64,000 nt of DNA from Macrostomum lignano (Eukaryota). Position 1 is the stretch's first letter. The number at the start of each line of letters is the position of its first letter. Below are positions 1-11,383 of the stretch, one piece after another. The position numbers and the translations under genes were made by a program. The notes beneath the pieces were generated by a model, which had not been told where the DNA came from, did not search any database, and worked only from the letters and a program-made list of their open reading frames with translations. The stretch is from assembly GCA_002269645.1 (NCBI GenBank), contig NIVC01001157.1:124001-188000 (forward strand). Reading direction: 5' to 3'.

Positions 1-1
1 T

Positions 2-264
2 TTCAACCTGACCAAGTTGGATGCCGCCCATCCAGTGATTGATATGCGCCAGTTTGTTGACAAGCTCTCGCCCGCTCTGTGGCCGGCTGGCAGCAGGGCA
101 GTATTTTGCCACTCTGCTAGAGAGGATGGCACTTGTCAGGTGCGGGCATTTTTCAAAGGCCTGTTATAAAAATTTTATTGTGACGAATTTGAAGCATCTC
201 TGATCTTTTCCGTAGACTTTTTTTAGTTAGTTAGTTAGTTAGTTAGTTAGTCAGTTAGTTAGTC

Positions 265-307
<43 letters not shown>

Positions 308-308
308 A

Positions 309-341
<33 letters not shown>

Positions 342-343
342 AC

Positions 344-379
<36 letters not shown>

Positions 380-380
380 C

Positions 381-433
<53 letters not shown>

Positions 434-438
434 ACTAT

Positions 439-471
<33 letters not shown>

Positions 472-472
472 C

Positions 473-547
<75 letters not shown>

Positions 548-592
548 CAGTTAGTTAGTTAGTTAGTCAGTTAGTTAGTTAGTTAGTTAGTC

Positions 593-647
<55 letters not shown>

Positions 648-648
648 C

Positions 649-695
<47 letters not shown>

Positions 696-1281
696 CAGTC
701 AGTTAGTTAGTCAGTAGTTAGTTAGTAGTCAGTCAGTCAGTCAGTCAGTCAGTCAGTCAGACAGTCAGTCAGTCAGTCAGTCAGTCAGTCAGTCAGTCAG
801 TCAGTCAGTCAGTCAGTCAGTCAGTCAGTCAGACAGTCAGTCAGTCAGTCAGTCAGACAGACAGCCAGTCAGTCAGTCAGACAGTCAGTCAGTCAGTCAG
901 TCAGACAGTCAGTCAGTCAGTCAGTCAGTCAGACAGTCAGTCAGTCAGTCAGTCAGTCAGTCAGTCAGTCAGTCAGACAGTCAGTCAGACAGTCAGTCAG
1001 TCAGTCAGTCAGTCAGTCAGTCAGTCAGTCAGACAGTCAGTCAGACAGTCAGTCAGTCAGTCAGTCAGTCAGTCAGACAGTCAGTCAGACAGACAGTCAG
1101 TCAGTCAGTCAGTCAGTCAGACAGTCAGTCAGTCAGTCAGTCAGACAGTCAGTCAGTCAGTCAGTCAGTCAGACAGTCAGTCAGTCAGTCAGTCAGTCAG
1201 TCAGTCAGTCAGTCAGTCAGACAGTCAGTCAGTCAGTCAGACAGTCAGACAGTCAGTCAGTCAGTCAGTCAGACAGACAGA

Positions 1282-1312
<31 letters not shown>

Positions 1313-3715
1313 ACAGACAGTCAGTCAGTCAGTCAGTCAGTCAGACAGACAGACAGACAGACAGTCAGTCAGTCAGTCAGTCAGTCAGACAGTCAGTCAG
1401 TCAGTCAGTCAGACAGTCAGTCAGTCAGTCAGTCAGTCAGTCAGACAGTCAGTCAGTCAGTCAGTCAGTCAGACAGTCAGTCAGTCAGTCAGTCAGTCAG
1501 TCAGTCAGTCAGTCAGACAGTAAGTCAGTCAGTCAGTCAGTCAGTCAGTCAGTCAGACAGTCAGTCAGTCAGACAGTCAGTCAGTCAGTCAGACAGTCAG
1601 TCAGTCAGTCAGTCAGTCAGTCAGTCAGTCAGTCAGTCAGTCAGTCAGTCAGTCAGTCAGACAGTCAGTCAGTCAGTCAGTCAGACAGTCAGTCAGTCAG
1701 TCAGTCAGTCAGTCAGACAGTCAGTCAGTCAGTCAGTCAGTCAGTCAGTCAGACAGTCAGTCAGTCAGTCAGTCAGTCAGTCAGTCAGTCAGTCAGTCAG
1801 TCAGTCAGTCAGTCAGTCAGTCAGACAGTCAGTCAGTCAGTCAGTCAGTCAGTCAGTCAGTCAGTCAGTCAGTCAGTCAGTCAGTCAGACAGTCAGACAG
1901 TCAGTCAGTCAGTCAGACAGTCAGTCAGTCAGTCAGTCAGTCAGTCAGTCAGTCAGTCAGTCAGTCAGTCAGTCAGTCAGTCAGTCAGTCAGTCAGTCAG
2001 TCAGACAGTCAGTCAGACAGTCAGTCAGTCAGTCAGTCAGTCAGACAGTCAGCTAGCTAGCATAAACTTTCCGAACCTCGAATTCCGCAGGCAAAGGTCG
2101 GCAATCCGTTCGGGCCATTTTGGGACGCCTTCGGCGTGAACTTCGATCGCGATGAATTCTATGGTAACACGGCCGGCTCGTCTCTGGGCGATTCGGAGTC
2201 CTGGCAGCGGAATTACCCTAGCAACCGCTGGCCCGTGCTGGCCTTCATGGGAGCCCCGGCCTCGTTTCCCGCTCAGCCGAAGCACCTGGGGCTGCACCGG
2301 CACGTCGCTTTTAACGAGGAGTTTCTGGAATCCTTAAACCTGCTGATGGAGGCCAACGATTTGCAGCGTGAGGCTCTCTACGTGTAGGATAGATAGATGG
2401 TCATTAATATTGGCCTGAATCTCCGCCTTGATGTAACAAAGATATAGAATGAATCTCACCCTTCATCCAACTTGAATCTCACCCCCACCCAACCTGAATC
2501 TCAGCTTCATCTAACCTGAATCTTACACCTCATCCTACCTGAATCTCACCACTTCATTCAACCTGAATCTTACACCTCATCCAACCTGAATCTCACCCCT
2601 CATCCCACCTGAATCTCACCCCTCATCCAACCTGAATCTCACCCTCATCCAACCTGAATCTCACCCCTCATCCCACCTGAATCTCACCCTCATCCCACCT
2701 GAATCTCACCTTCATCTAACCTGAATCTCACCCCTCATTCAACCTGAATCTCCCCCCTCATCCCACCTGAATCTCACCCCTCATCCAACCTGAATCTCAC
2801 CTTCATCTAACCTGAATCTCACCCCTCATCCAACCTGAATCTCATAGTTCATCCTACCTGAATCTCACCCCTCATCCTACCTGAATCTCACCCCTCATCC
2901 TACCTGAATCTCATCCTTCATCCTACCTGAATCTCACCCCTCATCCTACCTGAATCTCACCCCTCATCCTACCTGAATCTCATCCTTCATCCTACCTGAA
3001 TCTCGACCCTCATCCTACCTGAATCTCACCCCTCATCCTACCTGAATCTCACCCCTCATCCTACCTGAATCTCATCCTTCATCCTACCTGAATCTCACCT
3101 CATCCTACCTGAATCTCACCCCTCATCCTACCTGAATCCAACCCCTCATCCCACCTAAATCTCAGCCTCATCCAACCTGAATCTCATATTCATCTAACCT
3201 GAACCTCACCTTAATCACACCCAACACACCCAACAGGCCCATCCTTGGCGTTCACCTGCGCAACAACGTGGATTTCTCGCGAGCCTGCGGCACCCTGCTG
3301 CCTCAGCTCCCAGCCGGTGCCGGCTCTTCTCCAGCTACCAGTGCTTCGGCCCGTCCAGTCACCTCGGCCAGCTGTCCATGAAAACTTGCGTCCCTGACGA
3401 TGCCACAATTCTAGAGGACGTCAATCGCCTGGCAAAATCTCTGAATATCCGAACAGTCTTTGTTGCTACCGATTTCGACGCTAAATTGTCGTTGATGAAG
3501 AAAGCAGCTCCGGAGGCTGTGAAATTTGTGAGCACGCAGACTCTGGGCACAGACGTGTTCCAGGATGTCGGACTGCTGACTCTGGCCGATGCTGTCCTGT
3601 TGAACTGCGCGTCCAGTCTTAGCGCCTTTGTCCGAAGATCTCGAGACGCGGCTGGACGGCCTAGCAACTATTTGGGCTTGGCCGGGGCCACCGGCTGGGG
3701 CACGACGAGCTGTGA
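2..3715 (+). CDS. POFUT1: GDP-fucose protein O-fucosyltransferase 1, 3' part (5' end outside window); frameshifted as assembled
   Basis: Exons <2..139 (FNLTKLDAAHPVIDMRQFVDKLSPALWPAGSRAVFC...CQ, donor GTGCGG), 2091..2367 or 2383 (AKVGNPFGPFWDAFGVNF...PVLAFMGAPASFP), 3237..3715 (PILGVHLR...QC...VFVATD...NCASSLSAFVRRSRDAAGRPSNY...HDEL*). Motifs match POFUT1 from memory (GNPFGPFW, GIHLR, VATD, NCVSSFTAFVKRER, KDEL-type end). Two -1 shifts are needed in the last exon. Confidence 0.92.
223..2051 (+). repeat. (TTAG)n grading into (TCAG/ACAG)n microsatellite filling POFUT1 intron
   Basis: Direct reading; TTAG dominates to about 700, TCAG after. Confidence 0.97.
2455..3210 (+). repeat. ~22-bp minisatellite (ACCTGAATCTCACCCCTCATCC) in POFUT1 intron
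   Basis: Direct tandem repetition. Confidence 0.93.
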
Positions 3716-3764
3716 ACTGTCTGGTCCAGTTGATTTTTCTGGGAATCGCCATAGGGAATTAGAT

Positions 3765-5185
3765 AAATCGCCCGCAGACAATTCTAAAAATCGCCTTAGA
3801 TAATTCTAAAAATCGCCCGCAGACAATTATAAAAATCGCCCGAAGACAATTATAAAAATTGCCCTAGATAATTCTAAAAATAGCCCGCAGACAATTATTA
3901 AAATCGCCTCTAGACAATTCTAAAAATCGCCCTAGATAATTCTAAACATCGCCCATATTGACAAATCTAAAAATCGCCCACAGACAATTCTAAAAATCGC
4001 CCATATCGACAAATCTAAAAATCGCCCACAGACAATTCTAAAAATCGCCCACAGACAGTTCTAAAAATCGCCCATATTGACAAATCTAAAAATCGCCCAC
4101 AGACAATTCTAAAAATCGCCGACAGACAATTCTAAAAATCGCCCACAGACAGTTCTAAAAATCGCCCACAGACAATTCTAAAAATCGCCCACAGACAATT
4201 CTAAAAATCGCCCCTAGATAATTCTAAAAATCGCCCATAGATAATTCTAAAAATCGCCCATAGACAATTCTAAAAATCGCCCATAGACAATTCTAAAAAT
4301 CGCCCATAGACAATTCTAAAAATCGCCCCTAGACAATTCTAAAAATCGCCCCTAGATAATTCTAAAAATCGCCCATAGGCAATTCTAAAAATCGCCCATA
4401 GACAGTTCTAAAAATCGCCCACAGACAATTCTAAAAATCGCCCCTAGACAATTCTAAAAATCGCCCACAGACAATTCTAAAAATTGCCCACAGACAATTC
4501 TAAAAATCGCCCATAGACAATTCTAAAAATCGCCCACAGACAATTCTAAAAATTGCCCATAGACAGTTCTAAAAATCGCCCATAGATAATTCTAAAAATC
4601 GCCCACAGATAATTCTAAAAATCGCCCCTAGACAATTCTAAAAATCGCCCCTAGATAATTCTAAAAATCGCCCATAGATAATTCTAAAAATCGCCCATAG
4701 ACAATTCTAAAAATCGCCCATAGACAATTCTAAAAATCGCCCCTAGACAATTCTAAAAATCGCCCCTAGATAATTCTAAAAATCGCCCATAGATAATTCT
4801 AAAAATCGCCCACAGACATTTCTAAAAATCGCCCACAGACATTTCTAAAAATCGCCCCTAGATAATTTGAAAAATCGCCCCTAGATAATTCTAAAAATCG
4901 CCCCTAGACAATTCTAAAAATCGCCCCTAGACAATTCTAAAAATCGCCCCTAGATAATTCTAAAAATCGCCCCTAGACAATTCTAAAAATCGCCCTAGAT
5001 AATTCTAAAAATCGACCTTAGACAATTCTAAAAATCGCCCCTAGATAATTCTAAAAATCGCCCATAGACAATTCTAAAAATCGCCCACAGACAATTCTAA
5101 AAATCGCCCACAGATAATTCTAAAAATCGCCCACAGACAATTCTAAAAATCGCCCACAGACAATTCTAAAAAATCGCCCATAGAC
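3765..5185 (+). repeat. ~23-bp minisatellite (AATTCTAAAAATCGCCCAYAGAC) just downstream of POFUT1 stop
   Basis: Direct tandem repetition. Confidence 0.95.
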
Positions 5186-5714
5186 AGGGTTCTAAAAACT
5201 ATACATAATTCTGAAAACTGCTATTTGGCATGTAAAAAATTGCCCCCGAAACAGCTGAAAATATCCCAATAAGGAATTAGAAAATGGACCGATTTTTCTT
5301 TTTATTCTTAATGCAGCTTAAAAAAACCGTGTTAGTAAATATTTATTACAAATGTATGCATACACGATGTGCTGAAAAGTTCCAAACTTTTTCTAAGTAC
5401 TTTTTTAATCATTTAATCTTTTGATATTTTAAAATTATGTCAGCCAACTAATTCTAAGCGCGTATGAATATGAATCAAATGCTGTATGCAGTAGTTAAGC
5501 CAAAAACTTGATTGCTGTAACTTGAGTCCTAAAACTTTGAATAATTAATTTGTTTGTTAATTTTTTTGTATTGTCAGTACAATAAATTGATTTGAGAATT
5601 TACATTTAATAAAACAGAATGCACAGACGTCGCGTAGAAGTAAAAAAGTACATTATAAACTTTTATAGAAGCGTAAAAATAAGATTGAATTAAAGCCAAA
5701 ACTATGATGGTGGG

Positions 5715-6605
5715 TGTCATATGGCGCCATATCTAGGTGTCAGATGGGCCCATATCTAGGTGTCAGATGGGCCCATATGGCCATATCTAGGTGTCAGATG
5801 GGCCCATATGGCCATATCTAGGTGTCAGATGGGCCCACATCTAGGTGTCAGATGGGCCCATATCTAGGTGTCAGATGGGCCCATATCAGGGTTTCAGGTG
5901 GTGCCATATCTGGGTGTCAGGAAGCGCCATATCCGGGTGTCAGGAAGCGCCATATCCGGGTGTCAGGAAGCGCCATATCCGGGTGTCAAGAAGCGCTATA
6001 TCTGGGTGTCAGATAGCGCCATATCCGGGTGTCAGGAAGCGCCATATCCGGGTGTCAGATGGGCCCATATCTAGGTGTCAGATGGCCCATATCTAGGTGT
6101 CAGATGGGCCCATATCTAGGTGTCAGATGGGCCCATATGGCCATATCTAGGTGTCAGATGGGCCCACATCTAGGTGTCAGATGGGCCCACATCTAGGTGT
6201 CAGATGGGCCCATATCTAGGTGTCAGATGGGCCCATATCAGGGTTTCAGGTGGTGCTATATCAAGGTGTCAGGAAGCGTCATATCAGGGTGTCAGGAAGC
6301 GTCATATCAGGGTGTCAGGAAGCGTCATATCAGGGTGTCAGGAAGCGTCATATCAGGGTGTCAGGAAGCGCCATATCAGGGTGTCAGGAAGCGCCGTATC
6401 AGGGTGTCAGGAAGCGCCGTATCAGGGTGTCAGGAAGCGCCGTATCAGGGTGTCAGGAAGCGCCGTATCAGGGTGTCAGGAAGCGCCGTATCAGGGTGTC
6501 AGGAAGCGCCATATCAGGGTGTCAGGAAGCGCCATATCAGGGTGTCAGGAAGCGCCATATCAGGGTGTCAGGAAGCGCCATATCAGGGTGTCAGGAAGCG
6601 CTATC
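5715..6605 (+). repeat. ~22-23-bp composite minisatellite (CCATATCTAGGTGTCAGATGGGC / CCATATCAGGGTGTCAGGAAGCG)
   Basis: Two alternating sub-arrays; source of ORFs 5822-6679. Confidence 0.93.
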
Positions 6606-6692
6606 TGGTTATCAAATGTGTACTTAAACAGGGTCAGTCTAAAGCAGATGTGATGAATGTTTTCAATAGCATTAGGTGATGGATTTTAGCCT

Positions 6693-7618
6693 TTACTGCT
6701 TTAACACGCCGATGATATCTGCGTAGACAGGGTGCTCAATCACGTCATCCTCGCCTGCAGCACCAGCAGCGCCATCAGATGATGTCGGCTGCTGCGGCTG
6801 CTGCTGCTGCGGCGGCTGCTGCTGCTGCGTCTGGTCGCCATCCGACTCTGATGTTGGCGGTAGACTTGGCTTCGGTTTTCGATTCGGTTGCGAGCCCGGC
6901 ATTGGCTTGTTGAGGCTCTCAGTGTCCAGGACAGCGTAGGGGCACTCGTTCATATCATAGCTGCCGCCTGCAGCGTCACCCGTGGGGCTCTCTACGTTGT
7001 TTGGCTTTGGTTCCGGCTTGGGCTTCGGCGCCTTCGTAGGCTTTGGTTTCGGCGGCTTGCTTGGCGGCGGCAGCGGCTTGGCTGCTGGCGATTTGGGGCT
7101 CTTGACTGCTGGCGGCGAGGCTCCCGACGAGCTTGGGTCCATTTCATTGGCGTAGACAGGTTCTACTTGACTCTCGGGTCGGACAACATTGTACTCGCGA
7201 TCCGGTGGTCCCGCATCTGGCTGCTGCTGACTAAGGCTGAGCTGGTGGATCTTTTCAAAGACTTTGATGGCGCAGAGATCGTCTCGCAGGTACAGGTCGC
7301 TGCCGGTTTTCAGCTGCAATCGAATTGGTTGTTTTTGGAGATGCTATGAGCTGGAAGTCTTTATATTTATGGGGAACCCTGGCGCAAGGCCTTCGGCGAC
7401 ATGTCCAAATTCGGGGTTGGCCTTACGGGTGAGAATCGAATGCTAATATACGGCGAATACGGCTAATAAAAAGTATAATCCTCACCTTCCCCATCTCAGA
7501 CCGAGAGGACTTAGAAAAGATAAACTTGGAAGATAGCTTTGCCTTTCGCATTGCTGTGGCGGCTTGTTGCGAGCTGTTGCTGTAAGCTCTGTTGCTTGTT
7601 TGCGAATGAGAAGATGAG
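6693..7618 (-). CDS. Uncharacterised Tyr/Pro-rich adaptor-like protein, copy A (last two exons; possible IRS/DOK-type PTB C-terminal half)
   Basis: Exons 7618..7486 (acceptor TTTTCAG, donor GTGAGG) and 7313..6693 (acceptor ATTGCAG) join in phase 0: ...AMRKAKLSSKFIFSKSSRSEMGK|LKTGSDLYLRDDLCAIKVFEKIHQL...YAVLDTESLNKP...HPVYADIIGVLKQ*. Upstream exons uncertain (phase-compatible candidates near 9030-9110, 10107-10179, 10530-10610). Confidence 0.7.
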
Positions 7619-7933
7619 CTGAAAATTTGAACACACTGCGTTTCTAAATTTAGCAATTAGCAGCATATCAAACCTCGACAACAGACTGGGGCCCTATATA
7701 GTTCACTAGCATCGCAGATGCTTATATACATGTAGGCTCTCTCTCTCTCTCTCTCTGCGATACAATTTTAGTGCAATGCCAAATGGTGTACAATATAGTG
7801 TACATTCATACAAGTGTGTGCTGTAGGCATTGTGTGGGGTGTGCAGACACATGAACTTCGAGGCAAAATTGCTCAAACTTCAAGTACGTGTACAATTGTA
7901 ACTCGCTGTCTCAGGGACGTTGTAAATAACAAC

Positions 7934-9011
7934 ATAGGCGTGGGAACGTTTCAAAAAGTGGGGGGGGGGCAGGTTCAGTGGCGGATTTAGGGGGGGGGGG
8001 GCGCAAGCCCCCTTTCGAGTTAGATTTTTTTATTTTTATGAGTATATGGGAAATGCACAACATGTACCGATTATTTTCAGAATTTGTGTTGTCAGCACTC
8101 ATTTTAGTAGCGCTGCAGGCTTTCATTTTAGTAGCGCTGCAGGCACTCATTTTGGCGCCGCAGGCACTCATTTTAGCGCCACAGACACTCATTTTAGCGC
8201 CACAGACACTCATTTTAGCGCCGCAGGCACTCATTTTGGCGCCACAGGAACTCATTTTAGCGCCGCATGCACTCATTTTAGCGCCGCAGGCACTCATTTT
8301 AGCGCCGCAGGCACTCATTTTAGCGCTGCAGGCACTCATTTTAGCGCCACAGACACTCATTTTGGCGCCGCAGGCACTCATTTTAGCGCCGCAGGCACTC
8401 ATTTTAGCGCCACAGACACTCATTTTAGCGCCGCAGGCACTCATTTTAGCGCCGCAGGCACTCATTTTGGCGCCACAGGAACTCATTTTAGCGCCGCAGG
8501 CACTCATTTTAGCGCCGTAAGCACTCATTTTAGCGCCGCAGGCACTCATTTTAGCTCCTCTGGCACTCATTTTAGCGCCGCAGGCACTCATTTTAGCGCC
8601 GCAGGCACTCATTTTAGCGCCGCAGGCACTCATTTTAGCGCCGCAGGAACTCATTTTAGCGCCGCAGGCACTCATTTTGGCGCCGCAGGCACTCATTTTG
8701 GCGCCGCAGGCACTCATTTTAGCGCCGCAGGCACTCATTTTGGCGCCGCAGGCACTCATTTTAGCACCTCTGGCACTCATTTTAGCGCCACAGGCACTCA
8801 TTTTAGCACCTCTGGCACTCATTTTAGCGCCGTAGGCGCTGTTTTGTCGCCCTGCAGCAAAATGCATTCATGCAAAGCAGCAAAAACCAAAAATAAGAGT
8901 AAAAAATAAGCCAAAAGTCTACATTTTGCATTTACATGTAAAATGTGGAGGGACCAGATACCATTACTGGGGGGCATGGCCCCACTGTCCCCCCTCCGTT
9001 CCTACACCTAT
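7934..9011. mobile_element. MITE-like non-autonomous DNA element carrying an internal minisatellite
   Basis: Imperfect 15-bp TIRs ATAGGCGTGGGAACG (7934) and CGTTCCTACACCTAT (8997-9011), 2 mismatches, both next to G/C homopolymer tracts; no clear TSD. Confidence 0.4.
8095..8835 (+). repeat. 21-bp minisatellite (GGCACTCATTTTAGCGCCGCA)
   Basis: Direct tandem repetition; source of GAKMSAC-type ORFs. Confidence 0.95.
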
Positions 9012-9349
9012 ATGAATAACAAATCTGTGGGACGCTTTCATAACGCCTAAAGCCAAAAATGCAGCCTCCTTCACAACGCTCTGCTTCTCTCCTTCACATT
9101 CAGTTTTAGGTGCTGTGAAATTTAGGTCTTATGAAGAGCCCCTAAATCTGTGGGCGGGTTAAAGCCGCAGCAATTTCCAGTGAAGCTTAGTGAAAAATGT
9201 GTTCTTTTCACTCAAATGAGCTTAAACATTGCGGTGCAATAAATGCTTTTCATTTCCTGTCAAGGATTCATAAAGGTTGCGATCTATTTCCTGCCAATTG
9301 GTGCGCCGTAGCTCTGGAGTTAGTTTAGTTAGTCATTCAGTTGATCGAG

Positions 9350-9928
9350 GTACCTAGTCCTCAGTAAGGTACCCAGTCACCTGGTGAGGTACCTAGTCCT
9401 CAGTAAGGTACCCAGTCACCTGGTAAGGTACCTATAGTCCTTCAGTAAGGTACCCAGTCACCTGGTGAGGTACCTAGTCCTTCAGTAAGGTACCCAGTCA
9501 CCTGGTAACATACCTATAGTCCTTCAGTAAGGTACCCAGTCACCTGGTAAGGTACCTAGTCCTTCAGTAAGGTACCCAGTCACCTGGTAAGGTACCTAGT
9601 CCTTCAGTAAGGTACCCAGTCACCTGGTGAGGTACCTAGTCCTCAGTAAGGTACCCAGTCACCTGGTGAGGTACCTAGTCCTTCAGTAAGGTACCCAGTC
9701 ACCTGGTGAGGTACCTAGTCCTTCAGTAAGGTACCCAGTCACCTGGTGAGGTACCTAGTCCTCAGTAAGGTACCCAGTCACCTGGTGAGGTACCTAGTCC
9801 TTCAGTAAGGTACCCAGTCACCTGGTGAGGTACCTAGTCCTTCAGTAAGGTACCCAGTCAACTGGTGAGGTACCTAGTCCTTCAGTAAGGTACCCAGTCA
9901 CCTGGTGAGGTACCTAGTCCTTCAGTAA
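9350..9928 (+). repeat. 40-41-bp minisatellite (GGTACCTAGTCCTTCAGTAAGGTACCCAGTCACCTGGTGA)
   Basis: Direct tandem repetition. Confidence 0.95.
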
Positions 9929-10764
9929 GATAGGCTGTTACATTTTTGTTTTTTTTTATTAAAATTGTTTTCTTTTAAAGTTCTACAGATCTGTCATAAA
10001 AAGTAGCAAAACGCAGAACTCTAGTGCTATTTATATTAGCTTAATTTAGAGAAAAGTTCACCGTTCAAAACAGCGAATTTTAGAAACTACTTATAATCGC
10101 ACCTTGGCAGTAGTATAAACTTATATTTATGCATTTATAATGTGGAAAGTCGTGAGCAAGGATAAGCAGAGAGCAGGCACTGGAGCGATATAAAAACTTA
10201 GTAAAAATTACATTGGAAGGCATTAACCATTAAAATGAATACAACGGACAATAATGAACATAAGAAAGTTATAATTATAAGCTTCAGTATTTACAATAAC
10301 CTGCTTGATCTTGGGATTTGCAACCAATAATTTTTCAAGTGTCTAGATATGCTTACTATACATGTCTACTCATGATTAAACTTGCAATAACCCCATATTC
10401 AGGAACAAAAACTGCCCGTCCACACAATGTTTTCATTAGACTACTTGAAGAATGATGAAATCAGTAGTCAGAATAGAGCAATAGATATTATAAATTTTTT
10501 GATATATAAAAATAGAATACAAAAAACCTTGCAAAGCTACTCTCAGTAGGAGTAAAGGGAATTTCATGAAAACGCAAATGCATAACACTGCAGTTGACAA
10601 CAGACATGCAATGATGTACTGATTTGTGTGCTATCGCTATCGGATTAAATATTAGTTATAAAGTTTTTTCTGCACCTATTAACTTGAAAACAGAGATCAG
10701 TGTCTCGTGTTCAGATGTGAGAAAGAAATAAGGCGAACTTTAAAGCGGAATGGGATATGTAAAC

Positions 10765-11285
10765 AAAGGATCTGTGAAGAGGGGATAGGGATCTGTAAAG
10801 AGGGGATAGGGATCTGTAAAGAGGGTATAGGGATCCGTGAAGAGGGTATAGGGATCCGTGAAGAGGGTATAGGGATCTGTGAAGAGGGTATAGGGATCCG
10901 TGAAGAGGGTATAGGGATCTGTGAAGAGGGTATAGGGATCCGTGAAGAGGGTATAGGGATCTGTGAAGAGGGTATAGGGATCTGTGAAGAGGGTATAGGG
11001 ATCCTCATAGGATCTATGAAAAGAATATAGGGATCTCTGAATAGGGGATTAGGATCTGTGAATAGGGGATAAAGATCTGTGAATAGGGGATAGGGATTTG
11101 TGAATTGAGGATTGGGATCCGTGAATAGGGGATAGAGATCTGTGAAGAGGGGATTGGGATCTGTGAAGAAGGGATAGGATTGGGATCTGTGAAGAAGGGA
11201 TAGGGATTTGTGAATAGGGGATAGGGATGTGTGAAGAGGGTATAGGGATCCGTGAATAGGGGATAGGGATCTATAAAGGAGATAG
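10765..11285 (+). repeat. 21-bp minisatellite (GGGATCYGTGAAGAGGGTATA)
   Basis: Direct tandem repetition, decaying at the right end. Confidence 0.92.
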
Positions 11286-11383
11286 GAATAGGGATTAATC
11301 GACATGATTAGCATAAAAAGCGCCGCAGGTATACATCGAATCTAACAAATCATGCAAAAAATGTGAACGAAATGTTGCACTTC

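Noticed and set aside
3716-3803. C-terminal extension of ORF 3378-3803 including HREL
   Set aside because: HREL is not terminal and the frame runs into the minisatellite; the -1 frame HDEL* at 3701-3715 is the better end.
9350-9928. Regular palindromic arrays resembling CRISPR (also 25175-26055 and 37030-38290)
   Set aside because: No unique spacers, no cas genes, eukaryotic intron context.
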